From Coriobacteriales bacterium (GTDB taxonomy: Bacteria > Actinomycetota > Coriobacteriia > Coriobacteriales > CADBOM01): a stretch of DNA of 64,000 nt. Numbering within the stretch: the first letter of the stretch is position 1; each line of letters begins with the position of its first letter. The position numbers were made by a program, and so were the translations under genes. Below the pieces are notes generated by a model. The model saw only the letters and a list, made by a program, of their open reading frames with translations. It ran no database searches and was not told the origin of the DNA. The DNA is taken from contig JBMNUM010000001.1 of NCBI GenBank assembly GCA_050946275.1, positions 92,690-156,689 of the forward strand, written 5' to 3'. This document shows positions 1 to 8,812 of this stretch, in pieces.

Positions 1-42
1 GTGCAGATCGGCACCGGTGCAATAAGGAATCCGAGTTTCTGT

Positions 43-329
43 GTCCCAAAATGCGGGGTTGTCGAAAAACGGGCCCTCCGTGCATGGAAAACGCCCTCCT
101 ATGTCCCAAAATGAGGGTTTGTCGAAAGCGTCGAGCTCCGGATTTTTCGACAAACCCTCATTTCGGGACACGATTTTTCGACAACCCCGCATTTTTTGGC
201 AGTCGGCAGTGAGTCGGCTTCGACAACCCCGCATTTTTGGACAGGCGGGCCGCGAAAACGCGCCCGGGCGCTCCGTTTTTCGACAACCCCTCATTTTTGG
301 ACAGGCGGGCCGCGAAAACGCGCGCGGGC
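43..329. repeat. Family-A nested-palindrome intergenic element, copy 1 (more diverged). It has two forward half-sites GTCCCAAAATG(C/A)GGG(G/T)TTGTCGAAA followed by four reverse half-sites TTTCGACAA(C/A)CCC(G/T)CATTTTTGG.
   Basis: Half-sites read directly at about 43, 103 (forward) and 144, 173, 218, 276 (reverse). The inner pair 103/144 and the outer pair 43/173 are mutually complementary. The architecture matches 18970-19227 and the reverse complement of 49744-50029. Confidence 0.8.
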
Positions 330-628
330 TGCAGGCTGAGGCGGGCACGAGCGTCGGGCCTCGGCTGCGGCGGGCACGCGCATCGCGGCTTTCCGGCGGG
401 GCGTCATGCGCGCCTGTGTGCATCGCGTGCGTTTGCGGGGGCTGGCTTTTCCCGTTTGCATAAGTCGGGATATAATTAGTCATTCAACCATTAGTGACGG
501 TTGGTTGGCCAAGCGCGGGCTGTTCGCGGTCTGCGGGGCGCAGCGGCGCGCGCACGCGCGAGACCCCGCTGCGGGAGCCTTCGCCAACGGCCGTCTCATG
601 CGAACCTTGATAAGGGAGGGAGGCATAT

Positions 629-2527
629 ATGAGAACGCTCCATATCATGGACACCACCCTGCGTGATGCGCATCAGTCGCTGTGGGCGACGAGGATGCAG
701 ACCGGCGACATGCTGCCCATCTTGGACAAGCTCGACGAAGTGGGCTACTGGGCGCTCGAGGCGTGGGGCGGCGCGACGTTCGACACGTGCCTGCGCTTTC
801 TCGACGAGAATCCGTGGGAGCGCCTGCGCGCCATCAAGAAGCACTGCCCGAAGACGCCGCTCTCGATGCTCTCGCGTGGCCAGAACCTCGTCGGCTACCG
901 CCATTACTCGAAGGACATCGTGACGCGCTTCCTGAAGGCCGCGCAGCGCAACGGCATCGACGTGTTCCGCGTGTTCGACGCGCTCAACGACATCCGCAAC
1001 GTTGTCGATAGCGCCGAGGCCATCAAGGAGTGCGGCGCGCATCTCGAGGGCGCCATCTCCTACACGATGAGCCCGGTCCACACGCTCGACAGCTACATCG
1101 AGTACGCGCAGAAGTGGAAGGACCTCGGAGCGGACTCCATCTGCATCAAGGACATGGCCGGCATGCTCACCCCGTACCGCACCGAGCGCATCTGCACGGC
1201 GCTGCGCGAGGAGATCGGCCTCCCCATCCACCTGCATTGCCACTACGTCGGCGGCATGGCGCCTGCCAACTACATCAAGGCGGCCGAGGCCGGCGCGGCC
1301 ATCGTCGACACGGCGTCGGCGCCCCTCGCGTTCGGCAACTCCCAGCCCGCGGTCGAGATGATCGTCGCGGCGCTCAAGGAGTCCGGCTACGACACGGGCC
1401 TCGACCTCGACCTGCTGTTCGAGATCGCCCAGTACTGGGAGGGCGTCCGCGAGCGCAACCACTACAAGCGCGGCGTCAGCTCGCTCATCCACATGCAGGT
1501 CTACAGCCATCAGGTGCCGGGCGGCATGATGAGCAACCTCATCAGCCAGCTCGAGATCCAGAAGGCCGGCGACCGTCTCCAGGACGTCATGGACGAGATC
1601 CCCAAGGTGCGCGCCGAGGTCGGCTATCCGCCGCTCGTCACGCCCATGTCGCAGATCGTCGGCACGCAGGCCGTGCTGAACGTCCTGACCGGCCAGCGCT
1701 GGTCGATGGTTCCGGCGGAGATGAAGGACTACCTCGCCGGCCTCTACGGCAAGGCGCCCGGCCCGCTGAACCTCGACATCGTCAGCAAGGTGCTCGGCGA
1801 CACGAAGCCGCTCGATCCGGACGTGTGGCCCAGCAGCCTGAACACGAAATCGTACGAGGAGTACGAGGAGGAGATCGGGGACCTCGCCCGCAGCGAGGAG
1901 GACGTGCTCATGTACGCCCTGTTCCCGGAGAGCGCCCGCGCGTACTTGGAGAAGCATCGTTCATCCGGCAAGACTTCATTCCTGCTCGAGGAGGAGTCCA
2001 GCGCGATCATTGAGGAGGACTACGTGGATATCAACCAGATCAAGGAGCTCATGCGTGCATTCGAGGACTCGGGACTCGGCGAGATCTCCATCGAGGAGCC
2101 GGGCATGAAGGTCGTGCTCCGCGACAAGAGCCAGGCCGTCGCGGCGGCCCCCGTCATCATGCAGGCGGCCGACCAGCAGGCGCCGGCAGCGCCTGCCGCG
2201 GCGGAGAAGCCCGCCAAGGACAGCGGTGAACGCCCCGGCCTCATCGCGATCAAGTCGCCGATGGTCGGCACGTTCTACGCGGCCCCCTCGCCCGGTGCGG
2301 ATCCGTTCGTGCAGGTTGGCGACGAGGTCATGGCCGGCCAGTCGGTCTGCATCGTCGAGGCGATGAAGCTCATGAACGAGGTTCCCGCCGACCAGACGGG
2401 CGTCATCCGCGAGATCTGCGTCGAGGACGCCTCGCCCGTCGAGTACGGCACGGTGCTCTTCTACCTCGAGCCCATGCACGACGCGACGCCGGGCTCCGCC
2501 GACGCTGCGATGGGAGAGGGCGAGTAG
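629..2527 (+). CDS. pycB: Carboxyltransferase (5S/HMGL-like) subunit with a fused C-terminal biotinyl carrier domain. Likely pyruvate carboxylase subunit B or an oxaloacetate decarboxylase alpha-type protein.
   Basis: 632-aa ORF. N-terminus MDTTLRDAHQS...GIDVFRVFDALND is typical of the carboxyltransferase TIM-barrel. C-terminus carries a biotinyl domain with the EAMKLMNE motif. SD AAGGGAGGGAGG lies upstream of ATG 629. A biotin carboxylase gene follows directly. Confidence 0.8.
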   Translation: MRTLHIMDTTLRDAHQSLWATRMQTGDMLPILDKLDEVGYWALEAWGGATFDTCLRFLDENPWERLRAIKKHCPKTPLSMLSRGQNLVGYRHYSKDIVTRFLKAAQRNGIDVFRVFDALNDIRNVVDSAEAIKECGAHLEGAISYTMSPVHTLDSYIEYAQKWKDLGADSICIKDMAGMLTPYRTERICTALREEIGLPIHLHCHYVGGMAPANYIKAAEAGAAIVDTASAPLAFGNSQPAVEMIVAALKESGYDTGLDLDLLFEIAQYWEGVRERNHYKRGVSSLIHMQVYSHQVPGGMMSNLISQLEIQKAGDRLQDVMDEIPKVRAEVGYPPLVTPMSQIVGTQAVLNVLTGQRWSMVPAEMKDYLAGLYGKAPGPLNLDIVSKVLGDTKPLDPDVWPSSLNTKSYEEYEEEIGDLARSEEDVLMYALFPESARAYLEKHRSSGKTSFLLEEESSAIIEEDYVDINQIKELMRAFEDSGLGEISIEEPGMKVVLRDKSQAVAAAPVIMQAADQQAPAAPAAAEKPAKDSGERPGLIAIKSPMVGTFYAAPSPGADPFVQVGDEVMAGQSVCIVEAMKLMNEVPADQTGVIREICVEDASPVEYGTVLFYLEPMHDATPGSADAAMGEGE

Positions 2528-2528
2528 G

Positions 2529-3869
2529 ATGTTCGACAAGATACTCATAGCGAACAGGGGCGAGGTCGCGCTTCGCGTCATCCGCGCCGCGAAGGAGATG
2601 GGGATCGCCACGGTCGCCGTCTACTCCGAGGCCGACCGCGACACCGAGCCCGTGCGCATGGCGGATGAGGCGGTGTGCATCGGCCCCGCCCAGTCCGCGA
2701 AATCGTACCTGAACATGCAGGCGCTCATCGGCGCGGCGCAGATCACCGGTGCGCAGGCCATCCATCCCGGATACGGCTTCCTCGCCGAGAACTCCGACTT
2801 CGCGCGCGCGTGCGTCGACAACGACATCGTCTTCATCGGCCCCGATGCGGACGTCATGGACGCGCTCGGCAACAAGTCGAACGCCAAGGAGACCGCGCAG
2901 CGCGCGAACGTGCCTACCGTCCCCGGCAGCGACGGCGTCGTCGAGAGCATCGACGAGGCGCGCGCCTTCGCCGAGAAGGTCGGCTATCCGGTGCTCGTGA
3001 AGGCGAGCGCGGGCGGCGGCGGCAAGGGCATGCGCGAGGTTATGGGCCCCGACGACATGGAGAGCGCCTACACCACGGCCAAGAACGAGGCGCTCGCCGC
3101 CTTCGGCAACGACGACGTGTACATCGAGAAGCTCATCCTGCGCCCGCGCCACGTCGAGATCCAGGTGCTCGCCGACACGCACGGCAACATGATCCACCTG
3201 TGCGAGCGCGACTGCTCGATCCAGCGCCGCCATCAGAAGCTCATCGAGGAGGCTCCCTCGCCCGCGCTGACGGAGGAGCTGCGCCAGGAGATGGGCGCCA
3301 CCGCGCTGCGCATGGTCGCGGCGAGCGGCTACACGAACGCCGGCACCGTCGAGTTCCTGCTCGACGTCGACAACAGCTACTACTTCATGGAGATGAACGC
3401 CCGCGTGCAGGTCGAGCACGGCGTGTCGGAGTTCATCACCGGCATCGACATCATCAAGGAGCAGATCCGCATCGCGGCGGGGGAGGAGATGAGCTGCGCC
3501 GACCGCGCGCCCGTCTCGCCCTTCGGACATGCCATCGAGTTCCGCATCAACGCCGAGGACCCGGACAACGACTTCCGCCCGAGCCCCGGCACGATCACGA
3601 AGCTGCGCATGCCCGGCGGCCCCGGCATAAGGATCGACACCCATCTCTACGAGGGGTGCACGATCCCGCCGTACTACGATTCCATGCTGGCCAAGCTCGT
3701 CGTGTGGGGCTACACCCGCGACGAGGCCATCGACCGCGCCCGCCGCGCGCTCGACGAGTTCGAGGTGGAGGGCGTTCCCACGACCGTCTCGTTCCACCGC
3801 ACGGTCGTGGATAACCCGGCCTTCATACGCGGGGAGGTCTACACGGACTTCCTCGAGACCGAGATGTAA
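2529..3869 (+). CDS. accC: Biotin carboxylase (ATP-grasp); AccC or pyruvate carboxylase subunit A.
   Basis: 446 aa. Motifs KILIANRGEVALRVIRA, GGGGKGMR and EMNARVQVEH. Starts 2 nt after the upstream stop. Confidence 0.9.
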   Translation: MFDKILIANRGEVALRVIRAAKEMGIATVAVYSEADRDTEPVRMADEAVCIGPAQSAKSYLNMQALIGAAQITGAQAIHPGYGFLAENSDFARACVDNDIVFIGPDADVMDALGNKSNAKETAQRANVPTVPGSDGVVESIDEARAFAEKVGYPVLVKASAGGGGKGMREVMGPDDMESAYTTAKNEALAAFGNDDVYIEKLILRPRHVEIQVLADTHGNMIHLCERDCSIQRRHQKLIEEAPSPALTEELRQEMGATALRMVAASGYTNAGTVEFLLDVDNSYYFMEMNARVQVEHGVSEFITGIDIIKEQIRIAAGEEMSCADRAPVSPFGHAIEFRINAEDPDNDFRPSPGTITKLRMPGGPGIRIDTHLYEGCTIPPYYDSMLAKLVVWGYTRDEAIDRARRALDEFEVEGVPTTVSFHRTVVDNPAFIRGEVYTDFLETEM

Positions 3870-3896
3870 CGCGCACGACGATCCGTACGAGGAGTA

Positions 3897-4304
3897 ATGA
3901 TGAGAAACGCTTTCAAGGCACGCATCGACGAGGCGGGGCACCTGGTCGCCGAGGGACCGGATGGTCAGGCCATCGCCAATCTCGATATCGCCCCCGGCGT
4001 GATCGAGACGATGGTCGCGACGGCCATCGAGGAGGTTCCGGGCGTCGCCGCGGTCGGCAGCCCGAAGTTCGACCGGTCGTTCTCGACCACCCTGACGCGC
4101 GACGATGAGGACGCCGGCGTCGAGCTGATGGCCGAGGACGGCGAGATCAAGCTCGATATCCGCATCCAGATCTACTACGGCTACAAGCTGCAGGAGATCG
4201 TCGACGGGATCAGGGAGAACGTCAACGACGTCCTGATCAGCCAGGTCGGCGTGTCGATCGACGAGATTAACGTCTTCGTCACCAACCTGCAGTTCGAGGA
4301 GTAA
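3897..4304 (+). CDS. Asp23/Gls24-family envelope stress (alkaline shock) protein.
   Basis: 135 aa. IAPGVIETMVATAIEEVPGVAAV and the C-terminal VNVFVTNL pattern are typical of Asp23. The position between accC and nusB matches the conserved accBC-asp23-nusB arrangement in Gram-positives. Confidence 0.8.
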   Translation: MMRNAFKARIDEAGHLVAEGPDGQAIANLDIAPGVIETMVATAIEEVPGVAAVGSPKFDRSFSTTLTRDDEDAGVELMAEDGEIKLDIRIQIYYGYKLQEIVDGIRENVNDVLISQVGVSIDEINVFVTNLQFEE

Positions 4305-4306
4305 AC

Positions 4307-4816
4307 GTGGCACGCAATAACGCCGACAGGAGCCTGAAGCGCACGCGGGCACGCGAGCAGGCGCTCCAGCTTCTGTTCACACGCGATTTCATCAACGACG
4401 AGGACACGCCGCTGCGCTTCGTCGACGTCATGGACGACATCGTCGTCGAGGAGTACGCCCACGAGCTGTACGAGGGCGTTATCGATCGACGGCCGGCCAT
4501 CGACGAGGCGATCGAGAGCGCTTCGGAGAACTGGTCGCTGTCGCGCATGGCCCTGACCGACCGCTCGATCCTGCGCATCGCCGTGTTCGAGCTGATGTTC
4601 CGACCCGATATCCCGGCCGGCGTCTCCATCAACGAGGCCGTCGAGCTCGCGCAGCGATTCGGTGGCGAGGACGATTCGTATCGCTTCGTCAACGGCGTGC
4701 TGGGCAAGGTCGCGACGCAGCTGGGCGATGACGCGGCTGGAGCCGAAGGGGAAGCTGACGACGGACGGCCGGCGGACGAGGCCGGACAGGCCGGAGAAGA
4801 AGAGGAGATCGGCTGA
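4307..4816 (+). CDS. nusB: Transcription antitermination factor NusB.
   Basis: 169 aa with a GTG start. Contains RTRAREQALQLLF and DRSILRIAVFEL...INEAVELAQRFGG, both NusB signatures. Confidence 0.9.
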   Translation: MARNNADRSLKRTRAREQALQLLFTRDFINDEDTPLRFVDVMDDIVVEEYAHELYEGVIDRRPAIDEAIESASENWSLSRMALTDRSILRIAVFELMFRPDIPAGVSINEAVELAQRFGGEDDSYRFVNGVLGKVATQLGDDAAGAEGEADDGRPADEAGQAGEEEEIG

Positions 4817-5082
4817 TGACGGACGAGAGCACCTCCTACACGAGCGCCAAGGCGCAGCTCGACGATATCGCCGAGCAGGTGAAGTCGAAGGACCTGCCGC
4901 TCGAGAAGGCGCTGGACCTGTACGAAGAGGCCATCCGCATCGGCAACACGTGCGCCGACCTGATCGATGTCGCCGAATTCACCGTCGACGAGCTCGACGA
5001 GAATGAGGATGGCGGCGAGGCGGCGCAAGAAGAGGCGACCGGTGAGGTCGCCAAGCCGCGCGAGGAGAGCGCGGCCGAATAA
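4816..5082 (+). CDS. xseB: Exodeoxyribonuclease VII small subunit.
   Basis: 88 aa. LPLEKALDLYEEAIRIGNTCADLI matches the XseB helical hairpin. ATG overlaps the nusB stop (ATGA). Confidence 0.85.
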   Translation: MTDESTSYTSAKAQLDDIAEQVKSKDLPLEKALDLYEEAIRIGNTCADLIDVAEFTVDELDENEDGGEAAQEEATGEVAKPREESAAE

Positions 5083-5118
5083 CGCGATCGTCGCCATCGG
5101 CGGGCATCGTCCCGCACG

Positions 5119-7137
5119 ATGGGCGCGCGTGGGATGGGGGGGGAACCCGTGAGCACATACCTGAGCGACCTGCATCTATGCGATGCGGATCCAGATGAGA
5201 ACGCCGCATCGTCGCCCGAGGGCGACGGTCCGTTCATCCTGTCATCCATACAATCGCCGGCGGACCTCGTTCCGCTGAGCTACGACCAGCTCGACCAGCT
5301 CGCCGCCGAGATCCGCGCGATGATCCTCGCGACGGTCTCGAAGAACGGCGGCCACCTGGCCTCGAGCCTCGGTGCCGTGGAGATCATCATCGCCATGCAC
5401 CGCGTGTTCCCGTCGCCAGACGACAAGCTGCTGTTCGATGTGGGCCATCAGACGCTCGCGCACAAGCTGCTCACGGGGCGCTTCGACCGCTTCTCGTCGC
5501 TGCGCCAGCACGGCGGCATCTCGGGTTTCCCGCGCCGCGAGGAGAGCCCCTACGACGTCTACGATTCCGGTCATGCGGCCGACTCCCTGTCGACAGCGCT
5601 CGGCATCCTGCTCGCCAAGGACCTCGGTGGCGAACCGGGGGAGGTGGCCGCGCTCATCGGCGACGGCTCCATCTCGAGCGGCATGGCGTTCGAGGCGCTC
5701 AACCAGATCGGCCAGCTCGGCAAGAACCTCATCATCGTTCTCAACGACAACGAGATGTCCATCTCGCCCAACGTCGGCGCGCTGTCGCTGCATCTCGGCA
5801 AGATGCGCCTGAGCAAGCGCTACATCAAGACGCGCGACAAGGTCGAGCGCAAGGTCAACTCGTTCGGCGACGTGGGCAGGATCGCCATGAGCCTCGGCGA
5901 GATGGCGAAGGACTCCGTGAAGAAGGCCCTCGTCGCCGGCACGCTGTTCGAGGACATGGGCATCACCTACATCGGCCCGATCGACGGACATGACCTCGAG
6001 GGTCTCGAGGATGCCCTGCGCGCCGCGAAGGCGCACGGCGGTCCCGTGATCATCCATGCCGTGACGAAGAAGGGCAAGGGCTACGCTCTCGCCGAGGCCG
6101 ATCCCTCGCGTTTCCACGGCACGCCCCCGTTCGACCTCGAGACGGGCGAGCAATTCAAGAAACCGGGAGCATCGGGTTTCACGAAGGTGTTCTCGAAGCT
6201 CATGTGCATCGAGGCGCGGCGAAACCGCGACCTCATCGGCATCACCGCCGCGATGGCCGACGGCACGGGCCTCGCCGCATTCGCCGGCGAGTTCCCGCGG
6301 CGGTTCTTCGACGTGGGCATGGCCGAGGAGCACGCGGTGACGCTCGCGAGCGGCATGGCGCTGGGCGGCAAGAAGCCGGTCGTCGCCATCTACTCGACGT
6401 TCCTGCAGCGCGGCTTCGACCAGATGATCACCAACGTCGCCCTGCAGAACCTCAACGTGACGTTCATGGTCGACCGCGCCGGCATCGTCGGCGCCGATGG
6501 CTCGACGCACCACGGGCTGTTCGACCTCGCGTATCTGCGCATGATGCCGAACCTGATCATCATGGCGCCCTCGAACACCGAGGAGCTGGCCGGCGCGTTC
6601 GCGACGGCCATGGCCTACGACAAGGGCCCGGTCGCCATCCGCTACCCGCGCGCGTCGCGCGAGGTCTACGAGCCCACGGGCGATGAGGATCCCTGGGAGG
6701 TCGGCAAGGCCGTCAAGCGTCGCGAGGGCAGCGACATCGCGATCCTCGCCATCGGCCGCATGGTCGACGTGGCCCTTGAGGCAGCCGAGTTGCTGAGCGG
6801 GGAGGGCATCGAGTGCTCCGTCCACGACATGCGCTGGGTGAAACCGCTCGACGAGGATGTCGTGCGCCAGGCCCGCCACGCCCGTCTCATCGTGACGATC
6901 GAGGATGGGACGACTGAGGGCGGCTTCGCGACGGGAGTCCTCGAGGAGCTGGGCAAGCACGACAATCCGGACACCCACAAGGTGGGGCATCCGGCCCTCA
7001 TCCGCCTCGGCGTCTCCGATCACTTCGTCGACCACGGCAGCGACGACGAGCTGTTCGCCGACCTGGGGCTGACGCCCGAGATGATCGCACGGCGCGTCGC
7101 CGACGAGCTCGGCATCAGCGACTCCCTGAGCAAATGA
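5119..7137 (+). CDS. dxs: 1-deoxy-D-xylulose-5-phosphate synthase.
   Basis: 672-aa ORF with the TPP-binding region GDGSISSGMAFEALN and transketolase-like pyrimidine and C-terminal domains. In-frame alternative starts at ATG 5134 or GTG 5149 (after a G-rich SD) are possible. Confidence 0.9.
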   Translation: MGARGMGGEPVSTYLSDLHLCDADPDENAASSPEGDGPFILSSIQSPADLVPLSYDQLDQLAAEIRAMILATVSKNGGHLASSLGAVEIIIAMHRVFPSPDDKLLFDVGHQTLAHKLLTGRFDRFSSLRQHGGISGFPRREESPYDVYDSGHAADSLSTALGILLAKDLGGEPGEVAALIGDGSISSGMAFEALNQIGQLGKNLIIVLNDNEMSISPNVGALSLHLGKMRLSKRYIKTRDKVERKVNSFGDVGRIAMSLGEMAKDSVKKALVAGTLFEDMGITYIGPIDGHDLEGLEDALRAAKAHGGPVIIHAVTKKGKGYALAEADPSRFHGTPPFDLETGEQFKKPGASGFTKVFSKLMCIEARRNRDLIGITAAMADGTGLAAFAGEFPRRFFDVGMAEEHAVTLASGMALGGKKPVVAIYSTFLQRGFDQMITNVALQNLNVTFMVDRAGIVGADGSTHHGLFDLAYLRMMPNLIIMAPSNTEELAGAFATAMAYDKGPVAIRYPRASREVYEPTGDEDPWEVGKAVKRREGSDIAILAIGRMVDVALEAAELLSGEGIECSVHDMRWVKPLDEDVVRQARHARLIVTIEDGTTEGGFATGVLEELGKHDNPDTHKVGHPALIRLGVSDHFVDHGSDDELFADLGLTPEMIARRVADELGISDSLSK

Positions 7138-7958
7138 GCAGGCCCAGGCGCGTACGTCTCGACGACCTGCTCGTCGACCGCGGCTTCTTCGCCACCCGCG
7201 ACGAGGCCGCCCGCGCCTGCTTTGCCGGAGACGTCACGAGTCCCGCGATGGCCCTGACGGCGCCCTCGCAGGCCGTCCCCTCCGACATCGAGCTCAGCGT
7301 CCGCCAGCTTCCCCGGTTCGTCTCGCGTGGCGGGGAGAAGCTCGCCGGCGCGCTCGCCGACCTGGGCTTGCCCGTCGGGGGACTGCGCTGCATCGACGCG
7401 GGCGCCTCCACGGGAGGCTTCACCGACTGCCTGCTGCAGGCGGGTGCCGCATCCGTGTGCGCGGTCGATGTCGGCTATGGCCAGTTCGACTACGGGCTGC
7501 GCTGCGACGACCGCGTGACCCTCTTCGAGCGCACGAACATCAAGAAGGTCGGAGCTGCCGACATCGGCGGTCCGTTCGACCTGCTCGTCGCGGACCTGTC
7601 CTTCATCTCGCTCGGCGCGCTCCTGCCCGTGCTCCACGGGTTCATCTGCGAGGGCGGGCGCATGCTCGTGCTCGTCAAGCCGCAGTTCGAGGCCGACCGC
7701 GCCAGCGTGGGGGAGGGTGGCATCGTGCAGAGCGCCGCGACCCATGAATCCGTGCTCGCGGAGGTGGTCGGGGGCATGGTTGCCGAGGGACTGTTCGTCG
7801 AGGGTCTCGTCGCATCCCGCGTCACCGGGAAGAAGAGCGGGAACATCGAGTTCTTCATCTGCGCCCGCGACAGCGCTGATGCGCCGGGAGTAGATGATAG
7901 TATAGACATCGCCAGCACCGTGATGCGTGCGCATCGAGATCAAGGAGAACCCGCATGA
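7134..7958 (+). CDS. tlyA: TlyA-family rRNA 2'-O-methyltransferase (S4 domain plus FtsJ-like methyltransferase).
   Basis: 274 aa. N-terminal RLDDLLVDRGFFATRDEA is S4-like. The SAM motif is IDAGASTGGFTDCLLQ. ATG overlaps the dxs stop. Confidence 0.85.
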   Translation: MSRPRRVRLDDLLVDRGFFATRDEAARACFAGDVTSPAMALTAPSQAVPSDIELSVRQLPRFVSRGGEKLAGALADLGLPVGGLRCIDAGASTGGFTDCLLQAGAASVCAVDVGYGQFDYGLRCDDRVTLFERTNIKKVGAADIGGPFDLLVADLSFISLGALLPVLHGFICEGGRMLVLVKPQFEADRASVGEGGIVQSAATHESVLAEVVGGMVAEGLFVEGLVASRVTGKKSGNIEFFICARDSADAPGVDDSIDIASTVMRAHRDQGEPA

Positions 7959-8812
7959 AGGTGGTCATCGTCATCAACGCCAGCAAGGAAGGCGCCGTTG
8001 CGAAGTCCCACGAGCTCAACGACTGGCTCGGGGAGCACGGCGTGACGACGGCCATGATCAACGCCGAGGACATCATCGATGGTGACCAGTTCTCCGCGAG
8101 CGCCATCAAGATCGTCGAAGGCACCGACCTGTACGTGACGCTCGGGGGTGACGGTACGATCCTGTCGACGGCGCAGCTCGTCTTCCGCCACAAGGCCCCG
8201 GTGCTCGGGTTCAATTTCGGGCACCTCGGGTTCCTCACCGGGGGCTCGCAGGATGCGGTCATCGACGGCGTCAACGCGGCGCTCGAGGGCAGGCTGGAGC
8301 GGGAGGAGCGTTGCGCTCTGTCGGTGATGATCGAGGCACGCGATGGTTCGCGCCACTGCTACACGGTGCTCAACGAGGTCGCCATCACGCGCGGCATCAC
8401 GGGCAAGATGATCAACTTCGACGTGAGCATCGACGATGCGCTCTTGTCGCACATGCGCGGTGACGGCGTCATCGTGGCCTCTCCGACGGGCTCGACCGCC
8501 TACTCGCTGTCGGCCGGCGGCCCCATCATCTCGCCGAAGCTGTCGTGTATGGCCGTCGTCGCGCTCGCGCCGCACTCGCTCGTCTCGCGCGCGCTCGTGA
8601 TCGATGACGACGAGCGCGTGGTCATCACGCCCGAGGACAAGTCGAACAAGGACTGCTCCGTGTTCGTCGACGGGCACCTCGTCCGCATGAAGCGCTCGCC
8701 TGCGAAGGTCAGCGTGACGGTCCATCCGAACGCGATCACGCTTCTGCGCTACAACGTCCCCGAGTTCACGAGGCTCGCCTCGCGCGTGTTCTTCGGGAGC
8801 CCGAATGATTGA
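7955..8812 (+). CDS. nadK: NAD kinase.
   Basis: 285 aa. GGDGTIL motif and NEVAITRG...DGVIVASPTGSTAYSLSAGGPI. ATG overlaps the tlyA stop. Confidence 0.9.
   Translation: MKVVIVINASKEGAVAKSHELNDWLGEHGVTTAMINAEDIIDGDQFSASAIKIVEGTDLYVTLGGDGTILSTAQLVFRHKAPVLGFNFGHLGFLTGGSQDAVIDGVNAALEGRLEREERCALSVMIEARDGSRHCYTVLNEVAITRGITGKMINFDVSIDDALLSHMRGDGVIVASPTGSTAYSLSAGGPIISPKLSCMAVVALAPHSLVSRALVIDDDERVVITPEDKSNKDCSVFVDGHLVRMKRSPAKVSVTVHPNAITLLRYNVPEFTRLASRVFFGSPND

Noticed and set aside
2403-4352. Very long antisense or alternative-frame ORFs opposite or overlapping real genes. Examples: 596-1957(-), 2403-4352(-), 5242-7035(-), 8766-10496(-), 15250-17337(-), 21965-23995(-), 23661-25514(-), 42603-44369(-), 53600-55267(-), 59315-61285(-), and many Arg/Pro/Gly/Ala-rich plus-strand alternatives.
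   Set aside because: They are typical high-GC artefacts. Their translations are Arg/Ala/Gly/Asp-rich low-complexity strings without recognisable motifs. The overlapping frame in each case encodes a protein with clear family signatures and SD-preceded starts.
4816-5082. xseB lacks an adjacent xseA. folD and ispA are also missing from the nusB...dxs stretch that is conserved in Firmicutes.
   Set aside because: Gene loss from a syntenic block is common, and xseA may be encoded elsewhere. Nothing in the sequence suggests a pseudogene or a novel partner.
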